A stretch of DNA of 64,000 nt from Minisyncoccota bacterium (GTDB lineage Bacteria; Patescibacteriota; Minisyncoccia; Phycocordibacterales; UBA9973). Made by a program: the position numbers and the translations under genes. Below the pieces are notes generated by a model, which saw nothing but the letters and a program-made list of their open reading frames with translations, had not been told where the DNA came from and did no database searches. Positions 1 through 9,350 of this stretch are shown piece after piece; position 1 is the stretch's first letter; each line of letters opens with the position of its first letter. The stretch is taken from contig JBAZYS010000001.1 of NCBI GenBank assembly GCA_041659205.1, forward strand, positions 123,166 through 187,165, written 5' to 3'.

Positions 1-3000
1 CTCTCGCAATATTTTTTGTTGGTATTAGTGGAATTTTTTTATTTAGTAAAATTACAGAAGCTGCCGCTGCAACTTTCATTCAGTCATCCTGGGCAGGAGG
101 TATCACCGTAAATGTTGCTGCCGATCCTACTGATCAAACTGGATGGACAGAATATGATTCGGCAAATGGAGTTACAGCAGGAGCTACGGTTACTCTCGGT
201 CCAGTGACAAAAAGTTTTATTGACGGTTCTCCTATTACAGCAAATGGAAACCCACCAACTGGTGGGGGATTTTCAAGTGGATTATTCTCTTCTTCAAAAT
301 TTCACGGTGTAAATGGAGAGGGTGGCTGGGTAGGAGCCTTGAATGTGACACTTTTTTCTGGTACTAGTTATGCAGTCGGAGGTTCTCCAAAAAATATTGC
401 TTTTGATTCTATAAATAATGCAGTCTGGGTTACAAATAATAGTAACGGAACGGTAATTAAACTTAATGCAAGTACTGGTTTTCCTATTGGTGTTTATCCG
501 GTTGGTGCTAATCCTCAAGGTATTGCTTTCGATTCTATAAATAATGCAATCTGGGTGACAAATACTTCGGCTAGCACGATTACAAAGGTAGATGGAATAA
601 CAGGCAACATTATAGGGACATATGTAGCTGGAACTACACCTTACGATATTGTATTTGATGCTCCTCAAAATGCAGTTTGGGTTACAGATACTACTGATAA
701 TACAGTAAGTGAATTTGACACAACAACAGGTAATCTTGTTGACACTATACCTGTTGGAAATAGTCCTCAAAGTATTACATACGATAGTACTCTTGGGGAT
801 GAATCTGTTTGGATTGCAAATTACTGGGATAACACTGTCAGCAAAATTAATACTACGACGGGAGTTGTTAGTGGAACTTATGCAGTCGGTGGAAATCCTA
901 CTGATATTGTTTTTGATGTAACAAATAGTTCAGTTTGGGTTTCGAACTATACTGATAGTACAGTTACTCAATTAAATGAATCCAGTGGTGTTCCTATCGG
1001 AACTTACCCAGTTGGGACAAATCCTTCTGGTATTATTTTTGACGTTACCAATAACGCAGTTTGGGTAACAAATAATACTAGTGGTACAGTTACAAAGTTA
1101 GATGCTACAAATGGTAACACTATTATAGGGACTTATTCTACAGGTACAAATCCTGAAGGTGTAGTTTTTGATATTACTAGTAATAGTGTTTGGATAGTAA
1201 ACAATAATAATGGAGTTGGTGATGGTAGTGTTACGAAATTAAATGCTTCAAATGGTAATAACATTGGTGGTCCTTTTGTAACTGGAGCTGGACCTTACGG
1301 TATAGCTTATGATGCGCCGCATAATGCAATTTGGGTAGCAAATAGTGGGGCAAATACTATTAGTGAATATGATGCTTCGACAAGTGTAATTATTGGTAGC
1401 CCTATTGCTACAGGAAATGGTCCTCAAGGTGTTGCATATGACGCAACTAATCATGCAGTGTGGACCCCAAATATAACTGATGGTACTGTTACTAAGATAG
1501 ATACTAATACCAGTACTGTTGTTGGAACGTATGCAGTTGGCACCCTTACTTCTTTTCCTCAAGATATAACTTTTGATGTTACTCAAAATGCTATTTGGGT
1601 TTCAAACCATGGAGATAATGCTGTTGTTAAACTTGATGCTGCGACTGGTGCACCAGTAGGTGCTCCAATTGCAGTAGGTAATTACCCTCAGGGTGTTGCT
1701 TTTGATGTTACCAACAATGCAATTTGGGTAGCAAACAATAGTGATGATACGATTACAAAAGTTGATGCAGCAACGGGTGTTGTTATTGGTAGTCCAATTG
1801 CCGTGGACGTTGGTCCTATGCGTGTTGCTTATGATATTACTCAAAATGCCGTTTGGGTAACAAGCACTAATTCAGTTAGTAAAATTGATGCTACTACAGG
1901 TGTCTTAATTGGTTCCCCAATTTCAGTTGCATTTGCTCCTAGGGGTATCGCATTTGATATTACTAATAATACAATCTTGGTTACAAACAATGGAAATACA
2001 GTTACTAGAATTAATGCTGCCACGGGTGTGATTATGGGGGGACTAATTCCTATGTCTAGTACTTATCCTGAAAATATTGCTTACGATATTACTAATAATG
2101 TTTTTTGGGTGACGGATGTAAGTGGTAATAAAATTTTTAAAATTAAACCCATCGATGGTTCTTATATAACATCTGCTGGGTCTTTTGTTTCTGCTGTTAT
2201 AGATTTTACTGAAGTATCACAATTTACGACATTCGCATTTACAGCAACAACACCCATAAATACAGGAATTACAATGGACGTGCGTGGTTCTGTAGATAAT
2301 ATTACCTGGACATCATGGATAACAAATGTTTCAAATGGAGGAAGCATAAGTGCTCTTACGGGTAATAGATATATTCAATATCGTGCAAATCTTACTTCTA
2401 CAGATGCAACAGTTACCCCTACTCTTAGTGATGTAAGTGTTAGTTCTGCTTCTTGGACATTTATAGACGATGAGCCGACGAGCACCACTCCAGTACCTCC
2501 TTCGGCAAGTGGGGGTGATTTTACTAATGGTACTAATTCTGGCACATCAGCTTCTTGGTATGTTTATCTTACTCCTGGAATAGCCGCTGGAACAAGGACT
2601 GATTATTCTTTAGCTTCAGGGTTTAATCCGATAGGTGTTGCTTTTGATAATGTTACAAATTCAGTATGGGTAGCAATGCATGGTAGTGGTTGGATTGAAA
2701 AAATGGATATTAATACAGGTACAAAAGTTGATTATCCAATGACTGGACATTATTATCTTTCACCGTGGGCAATGGCTTTTGATAATGTTACTAACTCTAT
2801 TTGGGTGACAGAATATTACGAAGGACAAGTTAGTAAAGTAAATGTAAATGATGGCACCTTTGTGGATTATAATGTCGGAGCATTTCCTCAGGCTATTGCG
2901 TTTGATAATGTTACAAATTCAGTATGGGTTACGAATTCTTCTGACAACACAGTGAGTAAGGTAGATATTACTGCAGGTACTAAAGTGGATTATGCAACTG

Positions 3001-4589
3001 GCACTGAACCAATAGGTGTGGCTTTTGATAATTTTACTAATTCTGTGTGGGTGGCAAATTTTGCAGGTGGTGCTGGTAACACTGTAAGTAAAATAAATAT
3101 TAATACTGGTACCAAGGTTGATTACAGTACAGGGACAGGGCCATATGGTGTAGCTTTTGATAATGTTACTAACTCAGTATGGGTGACAAATATGGTTGAT
3201 AATACAGTTACTAAAATTAATGCCACTACTGGTGCCACCATAGGTACTTATGGTGTTGGCTCAGATCCACGTGCAGCTACTTTTGATAATGTTACCAATT
3301 CTATTTGGGTGACAAGCTACAATGCGAATAGTGTAAATAAGATAAACGTAAATACGGGCACAAGCGTTAGCTATGGTGTAGGATGGCAACCTTGGGGTAT
3401 TGCTTTTGATAATGTTACTAACTCAGTATGGGTAGGAAATTATGATAGTTTTGCTAATCATCCGCCAACAAGAATAAGTAAAGTAAAAATTATGAATGAT
3501 CCTTATGTCTCACCTGGTACTTTTACTTCGGCTGTTATAGATTTTGGTGCAGCTGCATTTTTGAATACAATTTCTTTTAGTACAGCTTTGCCCGCGAATA
3601 CAAATATTACTATAGACTTACGAGCTGGTAATGTGGCAGTTCCTGATGGATCTTGGACAGATTGGGCGATAAATACAGATGTTGCAAATGGGGGAGACAT
3701 TAGTGCACTTTCTAGTAATCGATATATTCAGTATCGTGCAAATCTTACGACTACGGATGGAATAAATACACCGGATCTTTATAGTGTTACTTTTAATTAT
3801 TATTTTTCATTACAAAGACAATTAAGTGGTGATCTTACTTCTTCTGTGTATGATGCAGGTTCTGCTGACAATACAATTACGAAGATAGCTTGGAGTGCCA
3901 CGGGAACTTCACCTTCAGAGATTGTTAAATTTCAAGTACGTTCATCTCCTGATGGTGCGACATGGTCCAACTGGTGTGGACCGAGCGTTACTTGCGATGG
4001 TACAGATTATTTCCTTGATGTAAATAATGATGTTGCCCTTGATTCTGGTCATCCACTTAGAAATGGTGCTGATGATGAATTTTTTCAGTATAAAGTATTT
4101 CTTGCTGGAGATGGAAGTGCGACGCCCACTCTCACCTCAGTAACTATTTCATATGATGTAACTCCTGTTACACCTCCTCCCGGCGGAGGTGGAGGCTCAT
4201 TTGCAGTTGGCCCTACTTCAGTTTCTGGAGCGGCTACTTCTGTCACTGTTACTAATGCAATCTTAAATGGAACAGTAAATGCAAATGGGGCAACTGATAC
4301 AATGCGTTATTTTGAGTGGGGAACAGCTCCTGATGTATTGAGCAATCAGACACCACACATAGCCCATACGAATATTCCATCTGGAACCACTGCCACACTT
4401 TCTTGGTCAAACATAAATGGAGCGACATTATGCAAAATAAATGGAGGACAATATGTAGACAAGGTCGTATCGTGTACGGGGGGAAGTCTTATCACAGATA
4501 CACTTACAACAAATACAACTTACATTCTTATGGCTTCAAATGGTTATGGAGGAGAAGTGACGAAGAGTTTGAGTGTAATTGTGCCGTAG
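1..4589 (+). CDS. Giant secreted YVTN-family beta-propeller repeat protein, 5'-partial (the frame is open from nt 3 and the start lies upstream of the window). It has about 20 ~40-aa repeats of the form GIAFD..NNAVWVTN....TV(T/S)K(L/I)(D/N)A.TG..IGTY.VG.NP, two copies of a ~100-aa domain ending NRYIQYRANL, and a C-terminal FN3/Ig-like module with an (R)YFEWGT motif.
   Basis: The ORF at 204..4589 extends in-frame to nt 3, and the upstream translation LAIFFVGISGIFLFSKITEAAAATFIQSSWAGGIT aligns with the N-terminus of the paralog at 9350. The repeat consensus matches the YVTN 40-residue beta-propeller repeat. This is family-level recognition from sequence, with no database search. Confidence 0.75.
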   Translation, partial: LAIFFVGISGIFLFSKITEAAAATFIQSSWAGGITVNVAADPTDQTGWTEYDSANGVTAGATVTLGPVTKSFIDGSPITANGNPPTGGGFSSGLFSSSKFHGVNGEGGWVGALNVTLFSGTSYAVGGSPKNIAFDSINNAVWVTNNSNGTVIKLNASTGFPIGVYPVGANPQGIAFDSINNAIWVTNTSASTITKVDGITGNIIGTYVAGTTPYDIVFDAPQNAVWVTDTTDNTVSEFDTTTGNLVDTIPVGNSPQSITYDSTLGDESVWIANYWDNTVSKINTTTGVVSGTYAVGGNPTDIVFDVTNSSVWVSNYTDSTVTQLNESSGVPIGTYPVGTNPSGIIFDVTNNAVWVTNNTSGTVTKLDATNGNTIIGTYSTGTNPEGVVFDITSNSVWIVNNNNGVGDGSVTKLNASNGNNIGGPFVTGAGPYGIAYDAPHNAIWVANSGANTISEYDASTSVIIGSPIATGNGPQGVAYDATNHAVWTPNITDGTVTKIDTNTSTVVGTYAVGTLTSFPQDITFDVTQNAIWVSNHGDNAVVKLDAATGAPVGAPIAVGNYPQGVAFDVTNNAIWVANNSDDTITKVDAATGVVIGSPIAVDVGPMRVAYDITQNAVWVTSTNSVSKIDATTGVLIGSPISVAFAPRGIAFDITNNTILVTNNGNTVTRINAATGVIMGGLIPMSSTYPENIAYDITNNVFWVTDVSGNKIFKIKPIDGSYITSAGSFVSAVIDFTEVSQFTTFAFTATTPINTGITMDVRGSVDNITWTSWITNVSNGGSISALTGNRYIQYRANLTSTDATVTPTLSDVSVSSASWTFIDDEPTSTTPVPPSASGGDFTNGTNSGTSASWYVYLTPGIAAGTRTDYSLASGFNPIGVAFDNVTNSVWVAMHGSGWIEKMDINTGTKVDYPMTGHYYLSPWAMAFDNVTNSIWVTEYYEGQVSKVNVNDGTFVDYNVGAFPQAIAFDNVTNSVWVTNSSDNTVSKVDITAGTKVDYATGTEPIGVAFDNFTNSVWVANFAGGAGNTVSKININTGTKVDYSTGTGPYGVAFDNVTNSVWVTNMVDNTVTKINATTGATIGTYGVGSDPRAATFDNVTNSIWVTSYNANSVNKINVNTGTSVSYGVGWQPWGIAFDNVTNSVWVGNYDSFANHPPTRISKVKIMNDPYVSPGTFTSAVIDFGAAAFLNTISFSTALPANTNITIDLRAGNVAVPDGSWTDWAINTDVANGGDISALSSNRYIQYRANLTTTDGINTPDLYSVTFNYYFSLQRQLSGDLTSSVYDAGSADNTITKIAWSATGTSPSEIVKFQVRSSPDGATWSNWCGPSVTCDGTDYFLDVNNDVALDSGHPLRNGADDEFFQYKVFLAGDGSATPTLTSVTISYDVTPVTPPPGGGGGSFAVGPTSVSGAATSVTVTNAILNGTVNANGATDTMRYFEWGTAPDVLSNQTPHIAHTNIPSGTTATLSWSNINGATLCKINGGQYVDKVVSCTGGSLITDTLTTNTTYILMASNGYGGEVTKSLSVIVP

Positions 4590-4643
4590 TTATTTTTAAT
4601 TATTATTAACATTTATATTATTATCAGTAGGGAAATTAAATAC

Positions 4644-7600
4644 ATGAAATACAAATCTTATAAAATTATTATTCTTGCAGTTTTAGTAATAGGTTTTCTC
4701 TTTATGAGTAGAGCTTTTGTATCTGCAGTGGCGCTTGATTTTAGGGCTGAAAGTAATCCAACGTTAACATCAGGCCCCATCTATGCTGGAAGTTCAGCTT
4801 CTTTTAAAGCTCAGATTGGAGGAACATATTCTACTGCATCTCTTGTTCCTTCTTTTTGGAGATTGGCTTGGACAACTAATTCAGCAGATTATAACAATAC
4901 TCCTCAGCCAGGCAATTCTTGGACAATTACTCAATATTCTTCTAGTCCATCAACTTCCAACCTAGATAGTAGTGTTGCTAGTTCTAGATATATTTATTCT
5001 TCCCCGATTCCTTTTAGTCAGCCAAATTCAAGTGGGTATAGATATCTTATTATGGGCTGTGTAAATGGAACTTCTCCTGTAAATCCATATTCTAATGCAA
5101 ACGGACCTGATTATACTTCGTATGTAGGTCCTATGAATGGTGTCACCAACGGGGAAACAAATACGCTCGATAATTGTACTTTTTGGACGAGTTTAAATGT
5201 AAATGCTGGTTGTACTAACGGAGCGAATAATCCTCCTTCTTGTAATGCTTGTACTGCACCATTAACTTGGGATGGAAATAATTGTACTCTCCCTGTTATG
5301 TCTGGCACACTTACTCCTGCAAATTCTACTTGTACAATTGCATCAGGGGCAAGTAAGTGTAGTAGAGTTTTAACATGGACAACAGCAAATCCCGTTGGGA
5401 CATCTGCTGTCACAAACGGAAGTGGAGCAACTCCTAATCCTAGTGCAAGTAGTAATAATACTTTTCAAACTTTTTTTATTCCATACAACAATGGCACACC
5501 CATTACTTTTTATCTTTATAATAATGCAGTGAACCTTGCAACAGCAACCGTCACTCCAGTTTGTGTAAATGGTACTGCCTGGGATGGAAGTAAATGCCAG
5601 ACTATTCCCACTCCTGTAAATGGAGTCTGTGGTGCTACTCATTATGTATGTACCGTGGGAACAAGTGCCAGTAATGTAAGTAGTACTTATGCTTGGAATT
5701 GGACCTGTAATGGTTCTGGTGGTGGATTAGATGCATTCTGTAAAGAAAACAAACCCGCAATGTCTGGCACACTTACTCCTGCAACTTCTAGTTGTACGAT
5801 TGCCCTTGGTGCAAGTACTTGTATAAAACTTTTAACTTGGACGACCACAAATCCTGTTGGTACTTCTGCTGTCACTAACGGAAATGGTGCAACTCCAAAT
5901 CCTAGCCCAAGTGCAAATAATAGTTCGAAAACTTTTACCATTCCTTATGGTAGTGGAGCAGGTACAACATTTTATCTTTATAACAATGCGGTGAACCTTG
6001 CGACAGCCAATGTGACACCGAGCTGTGCCACGGGAAGCACCTGGAACGGAAGTATTTGTATTTCTAATACTTGTGACAATGGAGCAAGTAATTATCCTAC
6101 TTGTACTAATTGTCCAGCATCACAAGTTTTGAATAATGCTACAGCAACTTGTGTTCCTCCACTTTCTATTTCATTAGGTTCAACAAATTATTCTGCAACA
6201 TTACCTAATCATACAATTTCAGGAATTTATACTCTCACAAATGGGACATCTTCTAATACGACTTGTAGGTTATTAGATGGTTCTGGTACACCACTTACTA
6301 CATACGCACCATGCACGGGAAGTATTTCAGTTGTTGCCCCATCTTCTGCTGGTTCTTATGGGTATTCTATCCAAGCATTTAAAGCTTCAACCGGAGAAAC
6401 AAAAGTTAGTAATGCATTCACTGTGAATATTATTATTCCTTTTGCAACTCCACCTGCACCAGTAATAACTATTTCTGCAAATCCTGCAGTAATTACATCC
6501 GGGGGAACATCAACGATTAGCTGGTCAGCTCTTAACGTCACTCAAGGTTGTACAGCATCTGGAGCTTGGTCTGGCGCGCAACAAGAAATAGGGACAATTG
6601 GAACGGGAGCACTAACTACGGGGACATATACATACACTCTTACATGTACTGGTGGCCTTGGTAGAAGTGGAAGTGGAAGTGCGACAGTTACCGTAAATCC
6701 TGTAGTAGTTACTAGTTGTACAAATGGTACAAATAATCCTCCTGCATGTAATATTTGCACAGGAGCATTTTCCTGGAATGGTTCCACTTGTGTTGCTAAC
6801 CCTGTAATTGGAACTTTTTCTTCCACTCTTAATACTGGAAATCTTCCTGGTTCATTTTCAGAAATAATTTCTAATCTTTCAAAAAATACTACCTATTATT
6901 TCCGCGCAGTAGCACAAAATTCACAAGGGACATCAAATGGGCAGACTCTTAGTTTTACAACTCTAGATACTCCACCTGCATTAGTTCTTCCATCTGTTAC
7001 TACAGAGAGTGCGACAGCTGTTGCAAATACGTCTGCAACATTTAATGGAAATGTAGACCCTAATGGCACAACTGATACAACTCGATATTTTGAATGGGGA
7101 ACATCTGCATTGAGTTTAAGTAATCAAACGACACACACCAGTCAAGGTCCCACCCTTGGTACTTTCTCGGATACTGTTTCTAGTTTTGCAAAAGATACTA
7201 CCTATTATTTCCGCGCAGTAGCTACAAATTCTAATGGAACAGTATATGGCCAGGTATCTTCTTTTAAAACTACAAATGTTATTGATTTAGAGATACCACT
7301 CGCTCCAGTTGTAACTATTTCTGCTTCACCTAAAACTGTTGTAGTTGATGGAACATCAGTAATTACATATACAGTTAAAAATGTAACTCAAGGTTGTGTT
7401 AAAACAGGAGATTGGTCAGGAGCAACTGAAGGCTCTGGAACATATACAACAGATGCACTTCCTGCTGGTTTATATACATATACTCTCACGTGTACGGGCG
7501 GCCTTGGGATAACAGGAAGTGGAAGTGTGGCAGTGACATCAAGAGAAAAAGTTCCAAATGTGCTTGCTCCTACTGTTACTACGAGTAGTGTGGGATCTAT

Positions 7601-9350
7601 CACTAAGACAGAGGCAGCACTGAGTGGATATTTAAATCCAAATGGTCTTACTGATATGGTTCGTTATTTTGAATGGGGAACATCTGCATCAAGTTTAAGT
7701 AATCAAACTACTCACTATAATCATGGTGCGACAGCAGACGGCTTTTCCGAAAATATTTCTGGTCTTACATCTAATACTCCATATTATTTCCGCGCGGTAG
7801 CAGAGAATTCAAGTGGTACAATTTATGGAACTGTTCTTCCGTTTATTACAGATTCAGATGTTGTAGATTTACAAAATCCTCCTGCTCCCGTAGTTGCAAT
7901 TGCAGCTTCACCAACATTGGTTGCTGCGGGTGATACTTCAGAGATTACTTGGACAACTGCAAACGTTACTCAGGGTTGTGTTTCTTCAGGTGGTTGGTCT
8001 GGAACGAGAGCAGATTCAGGTACACATACTACAATTCCTCTTTCTTCCGGAGAACATACATTTACTCTTACATGTACGGGTGGTCAAAATAGAACTGGAA
8101 GTGCAAGTGTCTTAGTAACAGCAGAATCTCTTGTTGGTCCTGGTGGTACGGGTGGTGGAGGCTCTGGTGGGGGGAATGGAGGTTCTGATACGAACAGCGG
8201 CGGTGGAGGTTTTGGTACTGGAGGAAGTGCGAGTGGTGGTGCAGGTAGTACAGGCACTAGCGGAGGTACAGGTGGGGGAAATACTATTACGGAAGCGATT
8301 GGGAATACATTGTCAGAAATTCTTGCTCCTGTTATTACGCCTGAAGTTAAGAAAATAATTACTACAACTAGAAAAAATATTGCTGAGTATTCAGACACAC
8401 CAGCTGGGGCTGTTACCACGACGACCGTCACCGCTCTCGGTGCAGGAGGAGGAAGTGCCATTGCGCTTGTTTCCGCAGGTGGAACCGTTACTTCTCTAGC
8501 AGATATTCCACTGCTTGCATTACGCTTATGGAGCATGTTGCTCGTGTCTCTGGGACTAAGAAAGAAACGTGCACCTTGGGGAACAGTTTATGATAGTGTC
8601 ACAAAACAACCACTTGATCCAGTGTATGTAATTTTAAATGATCAAGCAGGAAAAGAAATTAAAACAGCAATCACTGACCTAGATGGGCGTTTCGGTTTTC
8701 TTGTACCACCTGGTTCTTACCAAATCACAACGAAGAAAACAAATTACCAAGCTCCATCAACCAAACTTGCTGGTAAAAACAGTGATGAGCTTTATGATAA
8801 TTTGTATTTCGGTGGGGAAGTTGTTCTAGGAGAGGATGCAGTTATCACAAAAAATATTCCGATGGACCCACTTGCTTTCGACTGGAACGAATTTGCAAAA
8901 CGTGATAAAAAACTCATGACTTTCTATTCTAAAAATACTCGCATTCTTTCCATTGTTCTGAACGCTCTCTTTTACGTTGGGCTATTGTCAGTTATTATTC
9001 TTTTTATTGCAAAACCAGATAAGCTTAACCTTGCAATACTTATAGTTTACGGTATTCTTCTTGTTCTTCATTTACTAGGATTTAAACCTAAAACCTTCGG
9101 TACAATTATTGACACTGCAACAAAAGAGCCTCTATCCTTCGCTGTTGTTCGTGTCTTTAGAAAAGGTTTTCCTCAAGAACTCTTCCATCGTGTGGCAGAT
9201 AAATATGGACACTATTATTGTTTACTCGCGAAAGGTGAATATTATGTCACTATCGACAAAAAGAATGTAGATGAATCTTATACCACTATCTTTACTTCAG
9301 AATTAATTAATGCAAAAAAAGGAATTATTAACGAGAACTTCACTGTGTAA
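4644..9350 (+). CDS. Large multi-module membrane/surface protein of 1568 aa. It has an N-terminal signal/TM segment, Cys-rich repeats, three ~95-aa modules ending TYTYTLTCTGG, three FN3-like modules with a RYFEWGTS motif, a Gly-rich linker, several TM helices, and two carboxypeptidase-regulatory-like (CarboxypepD_reg-type) beta-sandwich domains.
   Basis: The ORF has internal triplicated modules (PPAPVITISA...TCTGGLG x3; TDTTRYFEWGTSALSLSNQTTH...YYFRAVA x3). A low-complexity GPGGTGGGGSGGGNGG stretch lies at about 8140-8290. Hydrophobic helices lie at about 8490-8560 and 8950-9090. WGTVYDSVTKQPLDPVYVILNDQAGKEIKTAITDLDGRFGF matches the CarboxypepD_reg pattern. The stop overlaps the next start (TAATG). 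Confidence 0.7.
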   Translation: MKYKSYKIIILAVLVIGFLFMSRAFVSAVALDFRAESNPTLTSGPIYAGSSASFKAQIGGTYSTASLVPSFWRLAWTTNSADYNNTPQPGNSWTITQYSSSPSTSNLDSSVASSRYIYSSPIPFSQPNSSGYRYLIMGCVNGTSPVNPYSNANGPDYTSYVGPMNGVTNGETNTLDNCTFWTSLNVNAGCTNGANNPPSCNACTAPLTWDGNNCTLPVMSGTLTPANSTCTIASGASKCSRVLTWTTANPVGTSAVTNGSGATPNPSASSNNTFQTFFIPYNNGTPITFYLYNNAVNLATATVTPVCVNGTAWDGSKCQTIPTPVNGVCGATHYVCTVGTSASNVSSTYAWNWTCNGSGGGLDAFCKENKPAMSGTLTPATSSCTIALGASTCIKLLTWTTTNPVGTSAVTNGNGATPNPSPSANNSSKTFTIPYGSGAGTTFYLYNNAVNLATANVTPSCATGSTWNGSICISNTCDNGASNYPTCTNCPASQVLNNATATCVPPLSISLGSTNYSATLPNHTISGIYTLTNGTSSNTTCRLLDGSGTPLTTYAPCTGSISVVAPSSAGSYGYSIQAFKASTGETKVSNAFTVNIIIPFATPPAPVITISANPAVITSGGTSTISWSALNVTQGCTASGAWSGAQQEIGTIGTGALTTGTYTYTLTCTGGLGRSGSGSATVTVNPVVVTSCTNGTNNPPACNICTGAFSWNGSTCVANPVIGTFSSTLNTGNLPGSFSEIISNLSKNTTYYFRAVAQNSQGTSNGQTLSFTTLDTPPALVLPSVTTESATAVANTSATFNGNVDPNGTTDTTRYFEWGTSALSLSNQTTHTSQGPTLGTFSDTVSSFAKDTTYYFRAVATNSNGTVYGQVSSFKTTNVIDLEIPLAPVVTISASPKTVVVDGTSVITYTVKNVTQGCVKTGDWSGATEGSGTYTTDALPAGLYTYTLTCTGGLGITGSGSVAVTSREKVPNVLAPTVTTSSVGSITKTEAALSGYLNPNGLTDMVRYFEWGTSASSLSNQTTHYNHGATADGFSENISGLTSNTPYYFRAVAENSSGTIYGTVLPFITDSDVVDLQNPPAPVVAIAASPTLVAAGDTSEITWTTANVTQGCVSSGGWSGTRADSGTHTTIPLSSGEHTFTLTCTGGQNRTGSASVLVTAESLVGPGGTGGGGSGGGNGGSDTNSGGGGFGTGGSASGGAGSTGTSGGTGGGNTITEAIGNTLSEILAPVITPEVKKIITTTRKNIAEYSDTPAGAVTTTTVTALGAGGGSAIALVSAGGTVTSLADIPLLALRLWSMLLVSLGLRKKRAPWGTVYDSVTKQPLDPVYVILNDQAGKEIKTAITDLDGRFGFLVPPGSYQITTKKTNYQAPSTKLAGKNSDELYDNLYFGGEVVLGEDAVITKNIPMDPLAFDWNEFAKRDKKLMTFYSKNTRILSIVLNALFYVGLLSVIILFIAKPDKLNLAILIVYGILLVLHLLGFKPKTFGTIIDTATKEPLSFAVVRVFRKGFPQELFHRVADKYGHYYCLLAKGEYYVTIDKKNVDESYTTIFTSELINAKKGIINENFTV

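Noticed and set aside
294-2347. Several 60-160 aa minus-strand ORFs (294..770, 1248..1586, 1602..1844, 1841..2023, 2162..2347) antisense to the first giant gene.
   Set aside because: They lie entirely inside a strongly supported repeat-protein gene. Their Cys- and Ile-rich low-complexity translations are typical antisense shadows of A/T-rich repeats.
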